This document shows, piece by piece, positions 1 to 12,064 of a stretch of 64,000 bases of DNA (its first letter is position 1; every line of letters begins with the position of its first letter). Below the pieces are notes generated by a model. The model had not been told where the DNA came from, ran no database searches, and saw nothing but the letters and a program-made list of their open reading frames with translations. Origin of the DNA: Minutocellus sp. GHC0000111 (Eukaryota); assembly GCA_977018835.1 (NCBI GenBank), contig OZ361261.1:1240001-1304000 (forward strand), read 5' to 3'. The position numbers and the translations under genes are program-made.

Positions 1-2
1 TG

Positions 3-656
3 AGCCTCAAGGAGAAGATCCACGCTCAACGCATGGAGGCCGAGGCCGCAATGGCAGCCGCCGCTACCTCCCGCAGGAACAAGAGCAAGAAACCATCTTC
101 GACCAAGAAACGAAGCAGCGGCAAAAAGAAAAAGTCCAAGCGAGGCAAGAGCCGATCATACAGCAGCGATGAGGAGAGCCAGGCCTCGCTGGGAGAGCTT
201 TTGGAGCAGGCATGCACTGGAACAGGTAAAAAGGGAAAGTATCACGACGAAGAATCGACGAAGTATTATTCTAGCGATTGCAGTAGCGAAGAGGAGGAAG
301 AAACGGAATATACCATGGGAACAATGACGCTCATCGAAAAGGCAGAGAAGTTGGCCAAAATGAAGAAAAAGAAAAAGAAGGCAAAGAACAAGAAGAAACG
401 CCACTCGAGCCTTCCCGAGGGATGTAAAAAAGTTCGCTGTCCTCCAGGAAGGCTGGGCATATCCATCGACACGACCGCTCATGGACCAGCGATTGGATAT
501 ATTGCCCCCAAGAGTCCCCTGATTGGATTGGTTGAGGTTGGAGATATCATTGTTTCAATTGATCGGGAGGACGTAACGCATCTCGACGCCGAGGATGTGA
601 TGGACATGCTTTCAGAGAGAAAATACGAATACAGGAGACTCATCATTCAGATGTGA
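3..656 (+). CDS. Lys/Ser/acidic low-complexity protein with C-terminal PDZ domain (5'-partial)
   Basis: Frame is open from position 3. C-terminus PPGRLGISIDTTAHGPAIGYIAPKSPLIGLVEVGDIIVSIDREDV matches the PDZ pattern. Confidence 0.8.
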   Translation, partial: SLKEKIHAQRMEAEAAMAAAATSRRNKSKKPSSTKKRSSGKKKKSKRGKSRSYSSDEESQASLGELLEQACTGTGKKGKYHDEESTKYYSSDCSSEEEEETEYTMGTMTLIEKAEKLAKMKKKKKKAKNKKKRHSSLPEGCKKVRCPPGRLGISIDTTAHGPAIGYIAPKSPLIGLVEVGDIIVSIDREDVTHLDAEDVMDMLSERKYEYRRLIIQM

Positions 657-868
657 GATGCCGAGCACTGGCGCTGCATATACCAATATACATACAATGT
701 AACAACTAGTATCGGGAATGCATGAACAAACACAATTCAGTACCTCTACTGAATGTAATTTCCTATTCGACATTCATTCGATTGGAACGGACATCTATCG
801 AATTTCATCAGCAAGGAAGGAAGCCCACTGCAGTCTCTTCATTGCTCCTTTCCAGCCACAAAGCAGCA

Positions 869-1708
869 ATGAAGAATGATATCGACACAGATCCTAGCGA
901 TAATAAGGAAGTGTCCTACGTGTACGCTCACATCGCACGCCGACTGAAGCAGAAAAAGAAAGAGCAAAGAAAATATCGCAAGAGAGCAATCCGCAAGAGC
1001 TCTTCACAGCATCCGGGGTGTCCTCCAAATGAAGAGCGGAGCGCTCGCCCCTCCAAGAAGTCAGTATCGTTTCAAGAAGACATACATGTAGAAACTGAAA
1101 GTCTAGTAAGTCCCCACGATGAATCGAGGAACGGCGAACTAGAAGATCAGCGACACGATGCTGCCGATACCGAGGGTAAGAGAGAAGATTTTTTCTCCGA
1201 GCTGCCAAATATTCGTGAACTATCTCCTACTTTGGAATCATATGTCTGCGACGCCCTGAGAGCTGCTAATCTCATTGCCGATGAGAGTGACAATGAGAGT
1301 GATGATGATTACGAGAAAAACTCCCGCGCGTACAGCGATGGCGACGTATCTTCTTGTTATTATTCTCGCCAAGATTCTACCTACGAAGATGAAACGTGCT
1401 TCAGCCAAGATACAACACTCCCCACGGACAACCATGCCAAACTGCCGGTTGAATCTCGACTGTGTATCTCGGCAGTTACCGAGAAGATCATCATTCCGCC
1501 GGGAAGGATGGGAGTTGTCATTGTCGATTCGAAGCAGGGGCCACTGGTGACAGCTGTGGCCGAGAGCTGCCCTGTCAACTTGATGGTGGGAGATGTTATT
1601 GCATCTGTCGACGGAAGGGATACGTCTACTCTGAATGCCGAACAGGTACTACACCTACTTTTAGCGAGATCGGATCAGCACCGTTTTCTCTTGGTAATGC
1701 GCATGTGA
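869..1708 (+). CDS. Low-complexity protein with C-terminal PDZ domain
   Basis: ATG at 869 within ORF 722-1708. PPGRMGVVIVDSKQGPLVTAVAESCPVNLMVGDVIASVDG is a PDZ motif. Confidence 0.8.
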   Translation: MKNDIDTDPSDNKEVSYVYAHIARRLKQKKKEQRKYRKRAIRKSSSQHPGCPPNEERSARPSKKSVSFQEDIHVETESLVSPHDESRNGELEDQRHDAADTEGKREDFFSELPNIRELSPTLESYVCDALRAANLIADESDNESDDDYEKNSRAYSDGDVSSCYYSRQDSTYEDETCFSQDTTLPTDNHAKLPVESRLCISAVTEKIIIPPGRMGVVIVDSKQGPLVTAVAESCPVNLMVGDVIASVDGRDTSTLNAEQVLHLLLARSDQHRFLLVMRM

Positions 1709-2217
1709 TAGCTGGCTTTAAGTTGAAAGTAAGCCCTTCGTGAAACTAGCGCATCAGCTTCTGAAAGTAGCGCATGGTTCGCACAACACTTTTTAACCTG
1801 AGTAAGGTTCGCATATCTGTTCCCGACTTTTTGACTATGTCAATTTTTGGGCTCAACCTTTCGATACAGAAAAATGATGTGCCGATACTTGACCCGTTCC
1901 AACTTTTCTGCGCCAAAGGTATCAGTGTAGTGTGCTGTCTCGGTGCGCCTCGCTCTTTGGCGTTGAAACGTCATTTCAGACCGCTTGTCTGTTCTCTCTT
2001 GCTCCGTCTCCCAAAGTCGCGGCTACAAATCATTTTCGACGCACAAATCTAACTATCGCTCGAACCTCGACAAAGCCAGCTTCCACTTTGACTTTGGCGG
2101 AATCTTCCACCCAATCGATTTATTGGCTGCGCACTCCGATTTCCTATAGCGAGGCTCGATAGTAGACCAATTGGAGCTTAGCACAGTCCGGCATTATTTG
2201 CAAGTAGCGGCGACACA

Positions 2218-3711
2218 ATGTCTCGCCGCGGCAACAACAGCCGAGCAGAGATCTTTGCTGTCCAATCCGACTGCGAAGAAGATCGGCCATCGAAACAGTC
2301 CTAACCGACGCCGAGGAGGACTGGACGGCCGTCACGCCCGAGCCACGTCGACCCCGCGTCCAATCGCGCCGTCAAAAGTCGGTCCTGCGCGAGAGGCACA
2401 AACGCCGCACTCGAGACGACGTCCCGTGGGATCATCACGAGAAGCATCGTCACACACGCGCTCCGGTGGGAATATCAGAGAAGATCGAACGCCGCCTGGC
2501 CGAGAAGGAGAAGATGAAGAACGCAAGTCGAGGTGGTGGTCGTTCGAGGTCGTCGTCGAGAAAGCCGGCCGTCATTTATGACGAGGACGAATCCTTCCTG
2601 TCGTCGTATGCCAATGGCGGCGGCGGAGGAGAGGAAGAAACCGCTGTTACCTCCATCAGTCAGCTAAAGAGGGAGCTGAAACGAATGGCCAAGCTCAAGT
2701 CCAGCAGTGATAAGAAGACCAGCAAAACCAAGTCTAAAACGAAGAAAAATAGGACCAAGTCAAAGGACGATAAACGCAAAAAGAAGTCCAAGAAGAGCGG
2801 CAAACGGAGGAGCAAGAAACGAGGGGATGGCGATGCCTTTGAGCAATTGTTCAAGGCATGTGATACGTCAGGGGGTGTATACGGCCTGCAAGATGGTGGA
2901 CAAGGCCTTCCAGCTCGATTCCAGCAGCGACGAAGATAGCAGCAGCGACGAGGAATCATCATCCGACGAGGAAGATACCATGGCAGCCTCCACTGCAGTA
3001 AGCACGGCCGTGACTGGTGCTGATAACACGGCCATCACCGGCTTCACCGAAGCCACGTCGGCCGTCCCATCCTTTGATACTACAAAGCACAGTGGTACCA
3101 CCGCGACTGGATATACTGGTATTACGGAAGCTACTGGTTACACCGAGGAAACCCCAGCACCTCCTCCCCGAAGAACATCGAGAAGAAAAGAAGCCGTCAG
3201 CTCGAAGCGTTCACCACCAGCCAGTACACCCACACCAAGCCGAAGAGAGCCAATGCCTACTCCCTCCACCCCCCACAAGAAGAGCGGTGGTCACCGATAC
3301 CGCCAAGTCATTGCTCCACCCGGCAAGCTTGGTCTATCTCTCACGTCTTCACCCCAAGGGCCAATGGTGAAGATGGTGTCAAGACATTGTCCCGTCAAGG
3401 TCAAGGTCGGCGATGTTATCGCCAGAGTGAATGGCCAGAGTGTCCTTGGCATGGACTGCAAGCGGGTGATGGAGATGTTTGTCACATTAGGAAAGCGTGA
3501 AAAGATTATTGATATCTTGCCACAAAGTTGTAGCGGCGGCGGTTCTCCTGGCGGTGCCATTAGCAAGCCAAGACCAACCGCTGCAACCCCGTCCAGACGA
3601 GGCACAGCTACTGGTCAGCATCGCCATTCTCCTCAGACCATGCGGTCGAAGAGCACCCCCAGAGCTACTGCATCATCTCGAAGCAGATCAAGGAGTCAGA
3701 GGAGGCACTAA
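2218..3711 (+). CDS. Low-complexity PDZ protein, interrupted by two apparent 1-nt indels (~2283 and G5 run 2871-2875)
   Basis: acaATG at 2218 (MSRRGNNSRAEIF...). Protein-like reading continues in the 2466 frame, then in the 2707 frame carrying PPGKLGLSLTSSPQGPMVKMVSRHCPVKVKVGDVIARVNG (PDZ). Confidence 0.65.
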
Positions 3712-3879
3712 TAAGATACCAGAGAAAACTCATCTCTCTAATGCTAATGATTTTCATAACACCATCATTTGGGTTCTTGTGTGAAGGAAGGGGTTGCATC
3801 CCCGTCACCTACCACGTACTGTACAACCTACTTGCCCAAACTCTATTCATGCAGAGATCTATTCCAAGGTCAACGCAAC

Positions 3880-4734
3880 TCATAACCGAGATAGTTGTGT
3901 GCCGTTCACTTCAACCATCAGACAAGTTGCTTCCGCATAGACCATTGTATTTGCTTTGATTATCTTCTCCTGAGTACCAGCGGGTTTGCTGCTACTCTCC
4001 CTCATATTGTTGCCATATGTATTCCTTCTGCACATTTCCAAATATGCATCAAAGTGATGCTTCCGTCCTTCCGATCGCATGTGGTAAACTCTGAGGAAGC
4101 AACGCTGACCTGCAAACAGTGGCCGTTTATATGTCACATTGAGATTTGCCGTTACTGCCGGTGGAGTGGCGTCCAGGTCCTTCCACTGTATGGTTCGATC
4201 TATTGCTGGTCGTTTATCAACATGCCGCCTTTTTCTGCTTCCATCCCCCCGACCACGGCAATGGCTTTCATGAGCAAAACACTGGTAACCCCACCCAATG
4301 GCCTCATCAAATAGTAGACTGATTATTCCACCATGCACCAACCCTTCATGGCCGATCAATTTGCTTCCCACTTGCAAGTCGAGCACAACGAGCTCAGCAT
4401 GAGCTTCATTCCGTTTCCCGCTTGGAGTTTGCTTGCCACCAGGTGCCGGTTGCCGATGTCTTGGTGGATGGTACCATATGTCGAAACGCTCCAAGCACCC
4501 GCACGCGCCAAGAAGGCCGCTTTTGCCAAATACAGCGTGATTCGACTGCAACAAGTCGTCAGGGAGGACCACTCGTTGATATCTCTCTGCCTGGAATGGC
4601 GCCATGGTGCTCTGACTGTGAAATGAGTGAGTGGTGTATGAGCGAGTTGGCGCCATTATCAGCACGCTCTCCGAGGGCACTTCGTGATTGCTACGAAGTG
4701 GAGAGGCTGACAACAGACTGGCACCGTCTAACAT
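3880..4734 (-). CDS. HotDog-fold acyl-CoA thioesterase (PaaI/THEM4-like)
   Basis: GHEGLVHGGIISLLFDEA and VTANLNVTYKRPL motifs. The start could be the downstream MAPTR. Confidence 0.85.
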   Translation of the reverse strand: MLDGASLLSASPLRSNHEVPSESVLIMAPTRSYTTHSFHSQSTMAPFQAERYQRVVLPDDLLQSNHAVFGKSGLLGACGCLERFDIWYHPPRHRQPAPGGKQTPSGKRNEAHAELVVLDLQVGSKLIGHEGLVHGGIISLLFDEAIGWGYQCFAHESHCRGRGDGSRKRRHVDKRPAIDRTIQWKDLDATPPAVTANLNVTYKRPLFAGQRCFLRVYHMRSEGRKHHFDAYLEMCRRNTYGNNMRESSSKPAGTQEKIIKANTMVYAEATCLMVEVNGTQLSRL

Positions 4735-5099
4735 GCATGTATGTAGATCTTGAATCTACCGGTACTGCCGGTACTAGATCTAGACGCCCATGTCTACCAC
4801 AAGCCAATTTTTATGTTGTTGCCGGTGGGTTTTCATTGTTATTGGAAGAAAGACGAAGCGGTGGCCATTGTAAATCCGTTGTTGCAGGTCTCCCAGTCTT
4901 TTCAGCACAAAAAACAAAATGATACCTCATGTAAACATCTATAAAAAGTGGCATCAGCTAGCTAGCTAGAGATCAAGACATAGCTAGATCTAGATCTACA
5001 CATAAGTGCATGACTGTTAGATGTCTGCATTGTTATGTAAACTGTTACAAAAATGCATAGATCTAACCCAAAATTTCACATTGCTCTGTACAACTTGAG

Positions 5100-5820
5100 G
5101 GCCAAGTGTATCACTACGCAAGCTTGCGATCCCCTTGGCCGAAATCAACAATTCATGTGCGTCCCAGACGCATCTGCTGCACAACTTGATAGCAAGTTCT
5201 GGATACGTCATGTGCAAATGCATTGGCAACATCTAATCAGCCAAGATGGGAAATAAATACCGCAAGTGCTCCTCTCTCAGCACAAGCAAACCTCATGCAC
5301 GCCGCCCAATGCTTAAATGAATGAAAAATATGCCAAGGCTTGAGAACATTGACATGTGGATGAATCAGAACAACTTCGAAATGTCCTCAATCAACAAAGC
5401 TCGTATTTTTTTTTCAGCCAGTGTCGTCAACACAACAAGTGATGGCTCGTCCCACAGGAGCCGTCAACATCATCCTCGTCCATGTAGTGTGTAGTCGAAG
5501 TCTCTTGAGCACCGATCACCTTTTCGCGCGAGATCAAAAGTTCAAAAGTCGCAATGCAGTGAAAGATTTTTTCCGGAGCTCCTTGCCAAGCGAAAGCAAC
5601 TACTGATGTTCTGGAAACGATAATGATTGTTCTTAATCCTTGATCATTCACATGAGGACACAACACATAAGTGGTTTCGTTGACTGGCGATAGCTCAGGC
5701 ATGTTTGCCGAGAGGCCGGCAAGTGCTACGTAGCTAGAAGTAAGCTTGTCGCTACTTTGCTTTCGGGCGTTTCGAGCGTTCAGTCCCGAGAGGGCAGCGC
5801 AGGACGATGAAGTCATTTCA
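5100..5820 (-). pseudogene. Possible decayed ORF of unknown origin
   Basis: Protein-like reading (..HFEVVLIHPHVNVLKPWHIF..LG*LDVANAFAHD..GRT*IVDFGQG) broken by several TGA codons; region looks CpG-poor by eye. Confidence 0.3.
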
Positions 5821-6580
5821 ATAGAGAGGCAACATAAGCTGGCATGCCTGGAAAGCGATTGATGTAGAATGCATGCTTGCGATAAAGGGGAGGGATGTGA
5901 ACAGCAAACGAAGGCGACAGCGGTCCTAGAGCACCATTGTTCTTTTTGGGGCGGCATGATGGCATGGTCGGCGGGCGGGTGCGTGGTTCTGTACGAGCAC
6001 ATGTACCGTACGTACAGCTGTACGTCACATGCTACCGACTCAGTCGACTGATCAAAGATACGAAGAAAGAGAACCCCAAGATATCTCAAGATATATCGTT
6101 AAAATTTTGATGCCATTCCACCCATCTCTCAACCATGATGTGTACAATCACATGGAGAAGATACAGCCGATTCTATAACGACGTTCTCGAGTTCCACCCC
6201 GATCCTTCTTTGATTCAAAATCCCATGGTAAATTGAGTGCCCGAGACGGACGACGAAAAGACCGAATTTCAAACCTCCCGGTAATGTACTCAGCGTTTGC
6301 GATTTTTTGGCGGCGGCGGCCAACTTCGGTCTCGGCCAACCGACCGATGTTGTTGCCCCTGCCCAATCCAAAATCCTCCACTAAGACATCACCAATAATA
6401 ATTCTCTCTTTCTCTTTTTCTTTTTATATAGTATATCGCAGGAGCTAAATGAAATCTCCTCATTAATGTCGAATGTGCCGTGATTGTTCCTTTAGCTGGC
6501 CCTTCATTCGATTGTTGTTCTTATTTGAATAGATTGCTTGTAGCTGGCATGACAAGGAACAAACGCCGGTTCGCTCGTGC

Positions 6581-9500
6581 CTACCTCGCTACATGTACTC
6601 CCAAAAAACAAATGTGATTTAACTGCCCCCCAATTGGCAGGGCCTTGTAGCTAGCTCGCCCTTTCGAGGCGTATTGCATCGTTGCAATAACAAAAATGTA
6701 TGTGTGTGATTGAACATGATAATGCCAAAAATGAAACTCGCAGCAAAAAGAAGATCTCACCAATGCGCATACCCATGCGATCGTACGTGGATCGTTCCCG
6801 GCGAGTAATGAAATCTTCTCACTGCTTGGTAGCGTATAGAGGCAGCTCCTCGTACAGGAAGGCCTTGCACTCTCCGTTCCCAGACTGGGATTGTTGCGGT
6901 AGTATACGGCCTTATCGACTTCGCCTCTATCGTGAAGGTTCTCGATCCCGCTGACGACAATATGGAGAAAGTCGTAGCTGCCCTTGGTGATTCCGTGTGT
7001 CATGTGAATGCTACCAGTGATGTTGTGGGAGCCACCATGGCCAGTTTTACCGCAGAGGGAGTCGTTGCGGACGAAATTGATGCCAAGGGCAAGCCCATAA
7101 GATACCAAGTGATCGTAGATGAAGTTCAGGATGAGACATGTCTCTCTGATAGAAAAGAGATAGAAGTCGATGCCCTCAGCGTTCATCTGGTTGAGACGCT
7201 GGTATTGCTGCACCAGAGCATCGGCGAGCTGGATCAGTTCGGCCTCAGTCTGATCGAGCTCGATAAGCTGGTGGGGGAGAGCGGTCCAACGACTGGACCT
7301 GGCCTCGTACGAAGCCTCCTTCCAAGTCGCGAGGCAGTTACGCAGTTGTTGATCAGCCTCCCCGGAAGCGACCTTCTTCTTGCCATAGGCTTCGAGCTGG
7401 GCGATTTCGATACGGAGCGTATGGACAATGTTGCAAACACCGATGGTATGTAGCTTACCGTAAAAGCGACTGGCTTCCCTTGAAGCCCCAGATGATCTGT
7501 ACAGAACCTTTCTGAGATGAAAAATGCCTCCGGAAACGATGCAGGTTAAAGAAAACCGATCATCCTTCATCGTGACCATGTGACTTGGCAAGTTCTGAAG
7601 ACCGATATGAAACGATGGGAGCAGGAAGCTCTCATAGACAAAATCCATCATCTTGACGGTATGATGGACTGTAGGGACCATTTCATAATCAGAACCGTTG
7701 CGGACATTGATGTCATGGATGCGCTGGAAGTCACGGATGATACGAACGGCGAATTCCGATAACTCAGCGGCGACGGATGATCTAACTTGGCGATCAGCGA
7801 CGAGCATAGTCTTGTACCTTTTCTTGTGGCAGTATGCTAGCTCCTCCCAGAGCGTTACACAATTTTGAATAATCTTGTCGACCTCGTCCAACGAGTAACC
7901 TGTCTTGTTTTCAGTGGAATGGCCACGACGACGAGGCTCCACAGTACCTTCATCAAGCTTGAAGCTGAAAGGTACGACCTTGATGCGACACAGGGAATCC
8001 AGCATGGTGGAGAGGATGGTCCTGGTAGAAAATCCTAGTTCGTAGAGGGGAATATCCCAGTCCTCGATGACGGGGGACTTATTGCTCCCAGTGTTAGCCT
8101 CTCCATGGCCAACTTCTTGAATCTCACCGTCCCTCCCCTTCTTGGCAATGACGGTATGAATTGCTCCGATGACCGTGCCAAGAAGACTGGACGAAAAGCG
8201 AAGCTTTTCAACGGACGATTTGTCGTGCTTCTTCTTGACATAGAAGGAAGGATCTTTAATGCTCTCATTGATGAGATCTACCCAGCCCAGGTGGTACGCC
8301 GGACGAAGGATTTCCTCGTAGACAAAGTCGAGGAAGCGGGAAGAATCAACCAGGCTCGACTTGGAGAAGTCATCCCATGGGTGAGCCTGGATTTTATACG
8401 CATACAACATTGTATAGAGATTGTTCCAAGGCGTTAGAAGTATGCCTCAACGTTGAAATGCACTTTTATAACGCAAAAGCAAATAAACGAACACATATGT
8501 GGGTTCTCACCTTGCTTCCCGTATCTGCGTCGACCTCAGCGGAGGTAGCATCAGCATCTTTGTCTTCCGGGAAGACCTGATGCAGATGGAGGTACCTCTC
8601 GACGATCCGAGCGGCCTGCTGGACGAGGAAGTGCCGATCCTTCCGACGGAGGAGGCTGTTCGAGTAGTACTTGGCCTTGCCGTCCTCACCTATCATTCTC
8701 ATCTCCGCCTTGTTCCTTTCAATGGCCTCCTGGAGGGAACGGCGCCAGACCCGGGCGCATTCCAAGAGGAGAGGCTGGTAGTGCCTCATGGGGACGGGGA
8801 CGGGAGAAACGCCCCCCTCATCCACTTGATCCTGGCCCTGGACGTCTTGGCCTTGACCTCGAGCCGGATCTGGAACGTCGGCGAGGGGGTAGATGCTCGA
8901 CAGGACGGTGTCGAGCAGATCTTGCCAGGCCATGCCATACTCGAGGTAGGACGCCTCCTCGAGGGGACGCATCTGCTCTCTGAGATCGTCCAGGATCTTT
9001 TTGTAGTGCCGGTCGAGCTGGATCATCGCTGTAGGACTCGGGAATTTGGCCACGCTGGTAGGACTTTTGCCGGCACTACCGCTGCCGTTGGTGTTGGCTT
9101 CATTGTCACTTGAAGCATTGGTAGGAGTAGATGTAGGTGCAGATTCAGACGTAGTGCTCGTGCTTGTGCTTGTGGTGGTGTTCGTGGAAGACGTCGAGTT
9201 CGGCCTACTAGTACCACTGCTGCCAACGAGGGACGCACGAATGCCGAACAACCTGGTGATCTCGTTGGACGGAACGTCGTCCTCGTTGTCTTCGTCATGA
9301 GTATCTCCAGAGGACGGGGTCATGGAAGAATTATATCCCGGCGAAGAGAGCAGTAGCTGCTGCACGATGCGCTCGTAGTGATCGCTTACAGCCGACGACG
9401 ATGTGGCCGAAAGTGCCGTGCCAGTACTGAAGATACTCGAGAGAGTGGTGCTTGAGGTAGACTCGGCTGTGATTCCAGACGTCGTCGGCGTCGTCGTCAC

Positions 9501-9863
9501 TCCAACGCTGGTGAGGATGAAGTCATCGTCGGTTTCTGGAGCGGTGAAGGGAGATGTGCCGTCGTTATCACTGCTCGTGGCACTATTCCATGCGCCGATC
9601 TGAGACAAGACTTCCATGTGACTGGGACGAGGTTGGGGCAGGGAAGACGGTCCGGAAGAAGTAGTGCCAGAAGTTGCAATGTCCCTAGGCGACGAAGATT
9701 CGACGTCATATTCGTTGCCGTCTTCGAGCAAGTCCGCCAGGCCCATGCTGGTCAGACCATCGCGAAGTAGGCGGTCGATATCCTCGGCGTTCATGTTCAT
9801 CCTGTCGACGTCCAAGTCGGCAAAGAGCCTGGCCGTCGGCGAGGAGGAGGAGGAGGATGGCAT
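6581..9863 (-). CDS. Large hypothetical protein: Ser/Thr-rich N-terminus plus three divergent helical repeats; probable intron near 8447-8510; 3' end uncertain
   Basis: Two long same-strand ORFs (8466-9962, 6581-8410) separated by an AT-rich segment starting GTGAG. Shared repeat motifs occur in both ORFs. The simplest splice does not restore frame, so the junction is unresolved. Confidence 0.6.
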
Positions 9864-10536
9864 GATGATGGAGAAACAACGAAAAATGAGCACGTTGTCC
9901 CGTTGTCCCGTTGTGCTCGATTTCGGCCTGGGCTGAATTTCCCCTGCCCGTTCTACTTTCAACGAGCAATCGATCGGTGCACGTGGGTAGAACAGATCGA
10001 CGACGATGATGGTCCGAGCGACGGCAGTGCCCTGAGTGTCAGTAGTATGGATGTTCTCTCTTGATTCGATTCGCCAGCAGAAACTTCCGAATCTCGATCG
10101 GGACTTTTGCGGTATCGGCCTGTGCGAGCTTATGACTTGTGTAGTTCAATGATCGACCGACCGACGGACGTACTGGCGGAAGGATGAATGGATATGCCGG
10201 AAGCAAGTCGACTTGCAAGACACGAAATACCGATCAGACGATTCTATTCAGCGCAGATCGGATTCGGCAATCGAATGTAGCAACGTACTTGGGATGGGAT
10301 TGTGCGCTTCGTCAGAATGCATTCTTCTCCACATGAGCCAGTGCGATTTTTTTTCGGGAAGTTTGCACTTGGGTGCAACTTCGCCATCTACTAGTATCTG
10401 CTCGATTCTGCGGTGGCGGGCAATTTTCCAAGTTTTTCCGATTTTGGCCTGTGTAGAGTCATAATATTTCTGTTGCAGAGCGTCATATTGACCTTCTGTC
10501 CGACGAGAACAAGGCAGCGGAAAGCAACCCGAAACA

Positions 10537-11820
10537 ATGGAAAGTGACCGGAGAACATTGGCACCTGGCAAAACGAGATGCCAAGCTGAGGTGGTGGAAT
10601 TGCAAGATTCGAGCGCGTCGAATGCTACTTATGCCAACGGCGGTACCCCAAATGAGAAAAACACCACCACCACCACCACCACAGCAAACGACATCAGCAG
10701 CATACCTGCCATCAGCCGGGCTCCGTCTTATCCCGACGATGGAGGTCTAGACGACGACGATGACAACGAGAATGGCAGCGGTGTTGAAGCCAATGGCAAA
10801 ACCCACCCCAAGTCTGCTTCTCTTGCTACGTTGGTGGCTGATCCGCCGCCAATGCTCCTCGACGCCGCAAGGTGCTCTGGACTGGACGTCAACGAGAAGT
10901 ATCACATCGAACCCAAGGATATCGGATGTGGCAATTACGGCATCATTCGCAAATGTCGCAACCGTCAGACCGGTCAAACCTACGCCATCAAATCGATTCC
11001 GAAAACCGCCCAGGAATGCCGGGCGAGGAACATCAAGCACGTGTCCAAATTGGAATCGATTCAGAGGGAGGCGGAGGTACTGCAACAGGTGTCGGGCCAT
11101 CCCGCCATTGTTCAGCTGGTCGACATATACGAGGATGTGCAATATCTGCACCTCGTTACGGAACTATGCAGTGGGGGGATGCTGTTCGATCGCATAATCG
11201 ACAAGACGAAGAAACCATTCACCGAGAGGGAGGCGGCCACATTGAGCAAATCCATACTGAGCGCCTTGGCCTACCTGCACGAGGAGAAGAACATTGTGCA
11301 CCGCGATGTCAAATGCGAAAACTTTTTGTTTGTCGAGAGCAGTGGTTCTGGAGCACCGTGCCTTTCCATCAAGCTCATTGATTTTGGAATGAGCCGGGTA
11401 GATCCCATCGATGAACCAATGACGACGTCGATTGGCACTGCGTACTATGTCAGCCCGGAAGTTTTGAACAAGAGTTATGGAAAGAAATGCGACATATGGT
11501 CTGTTGGCGTGGTGGTTTACATGATCATTTGTGGCTACTATCCCTTTTACGGCGAATCGACAAATCAAATAATAAAGCACGTATCCACAGGGAAATTTGA
11601 CTATCCATCGACAGAATGGGGCGGTGTTTCGGCAAGTGCCAAAGATTTTGTATCGTCGTTGCTGACTGTGGATCCCAATGAGAGGCCATCGGCATTAGCG
11701 GCCATAGAACACCCGTGGATTGTCAAGCATACGATCCCCAAGAAATCGCTAAGCCGAAGCTTGAGCAAGGGTATCAAGAAATCCATTAGTAAACTCGGTG
11801 GGAGGAGTAAGACAGCATGA
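10537..11820 (+). CDS. CAMK/CDPK-like Ser/Thr protein kinase without EF-hands
   Basis: IGCGNYG, YAIK, HRDVKCEN, DFG, GTAYYVSPE and DIWSVG subdomain motifs; short basic C-tail. Confidence 0.93.
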   Translation: MESDRRTLAPGKTRCQAEVVELQDSSASNATYANGGTPNEKNTTTTTTTANDISSIPAISRAPSYPDDGGLDDDDDNENGSGVEANGKTHPKSASLATLVADPPPMLLDAARCSGLDVNEKYHIEPKDIGCGNYGIIRKCRNRQTGQTYAIKSIPKTAQECRARNIKHVSKLESIQREAEVLQQVSGHPAIVQLVDIYEDVQYLHLVTELCSGGMLFDRIIDKTKKPFTEREAATLSKSILSALAYLHEEKNIVHRDVKCENFLFVESSGSGAPCLSIKLIDFGMSRVDPIDEPMTTSIGTAYYVSPEVLNKSYGKKCDIWSVGVVVYMIICGYYPFYGESTNQIIKHVSTGKFDYPSTEWGGVSASAKDFVSSLLTVDPNERPSALAAIEHPWIVKHTIPKKSLSRSLSKGIKKSISKLGGRSKTA

Positions 11821-11863
11821 TAGTCTTTCCAAGCTACCTAATCTAAAGAGTTTGAGTGACAAC

Positions 11864-11898
<35 letters not shown>
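11864..11898. repeat. (AGT)n microsatellite
   Basis: About 11 perfect AGT units just 3' of the kinase stop. Confidence 0.95.
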
Positions 11899-12064
11899 CA
11901 AGCGAGTAGAATGAATCCTTGTTGTTGTTCGAACTTACGAACGTATCTATTACTAAAGTCTTCTTTTTCTCCTTCTGTAGAACATCGTTGGAGTCATGGT
12001 TATTGCTTCTTTGCTTGAACTATAAAGTTTTACATTTCGTAAAAGTGTCGTGTGCACTGCAAAT

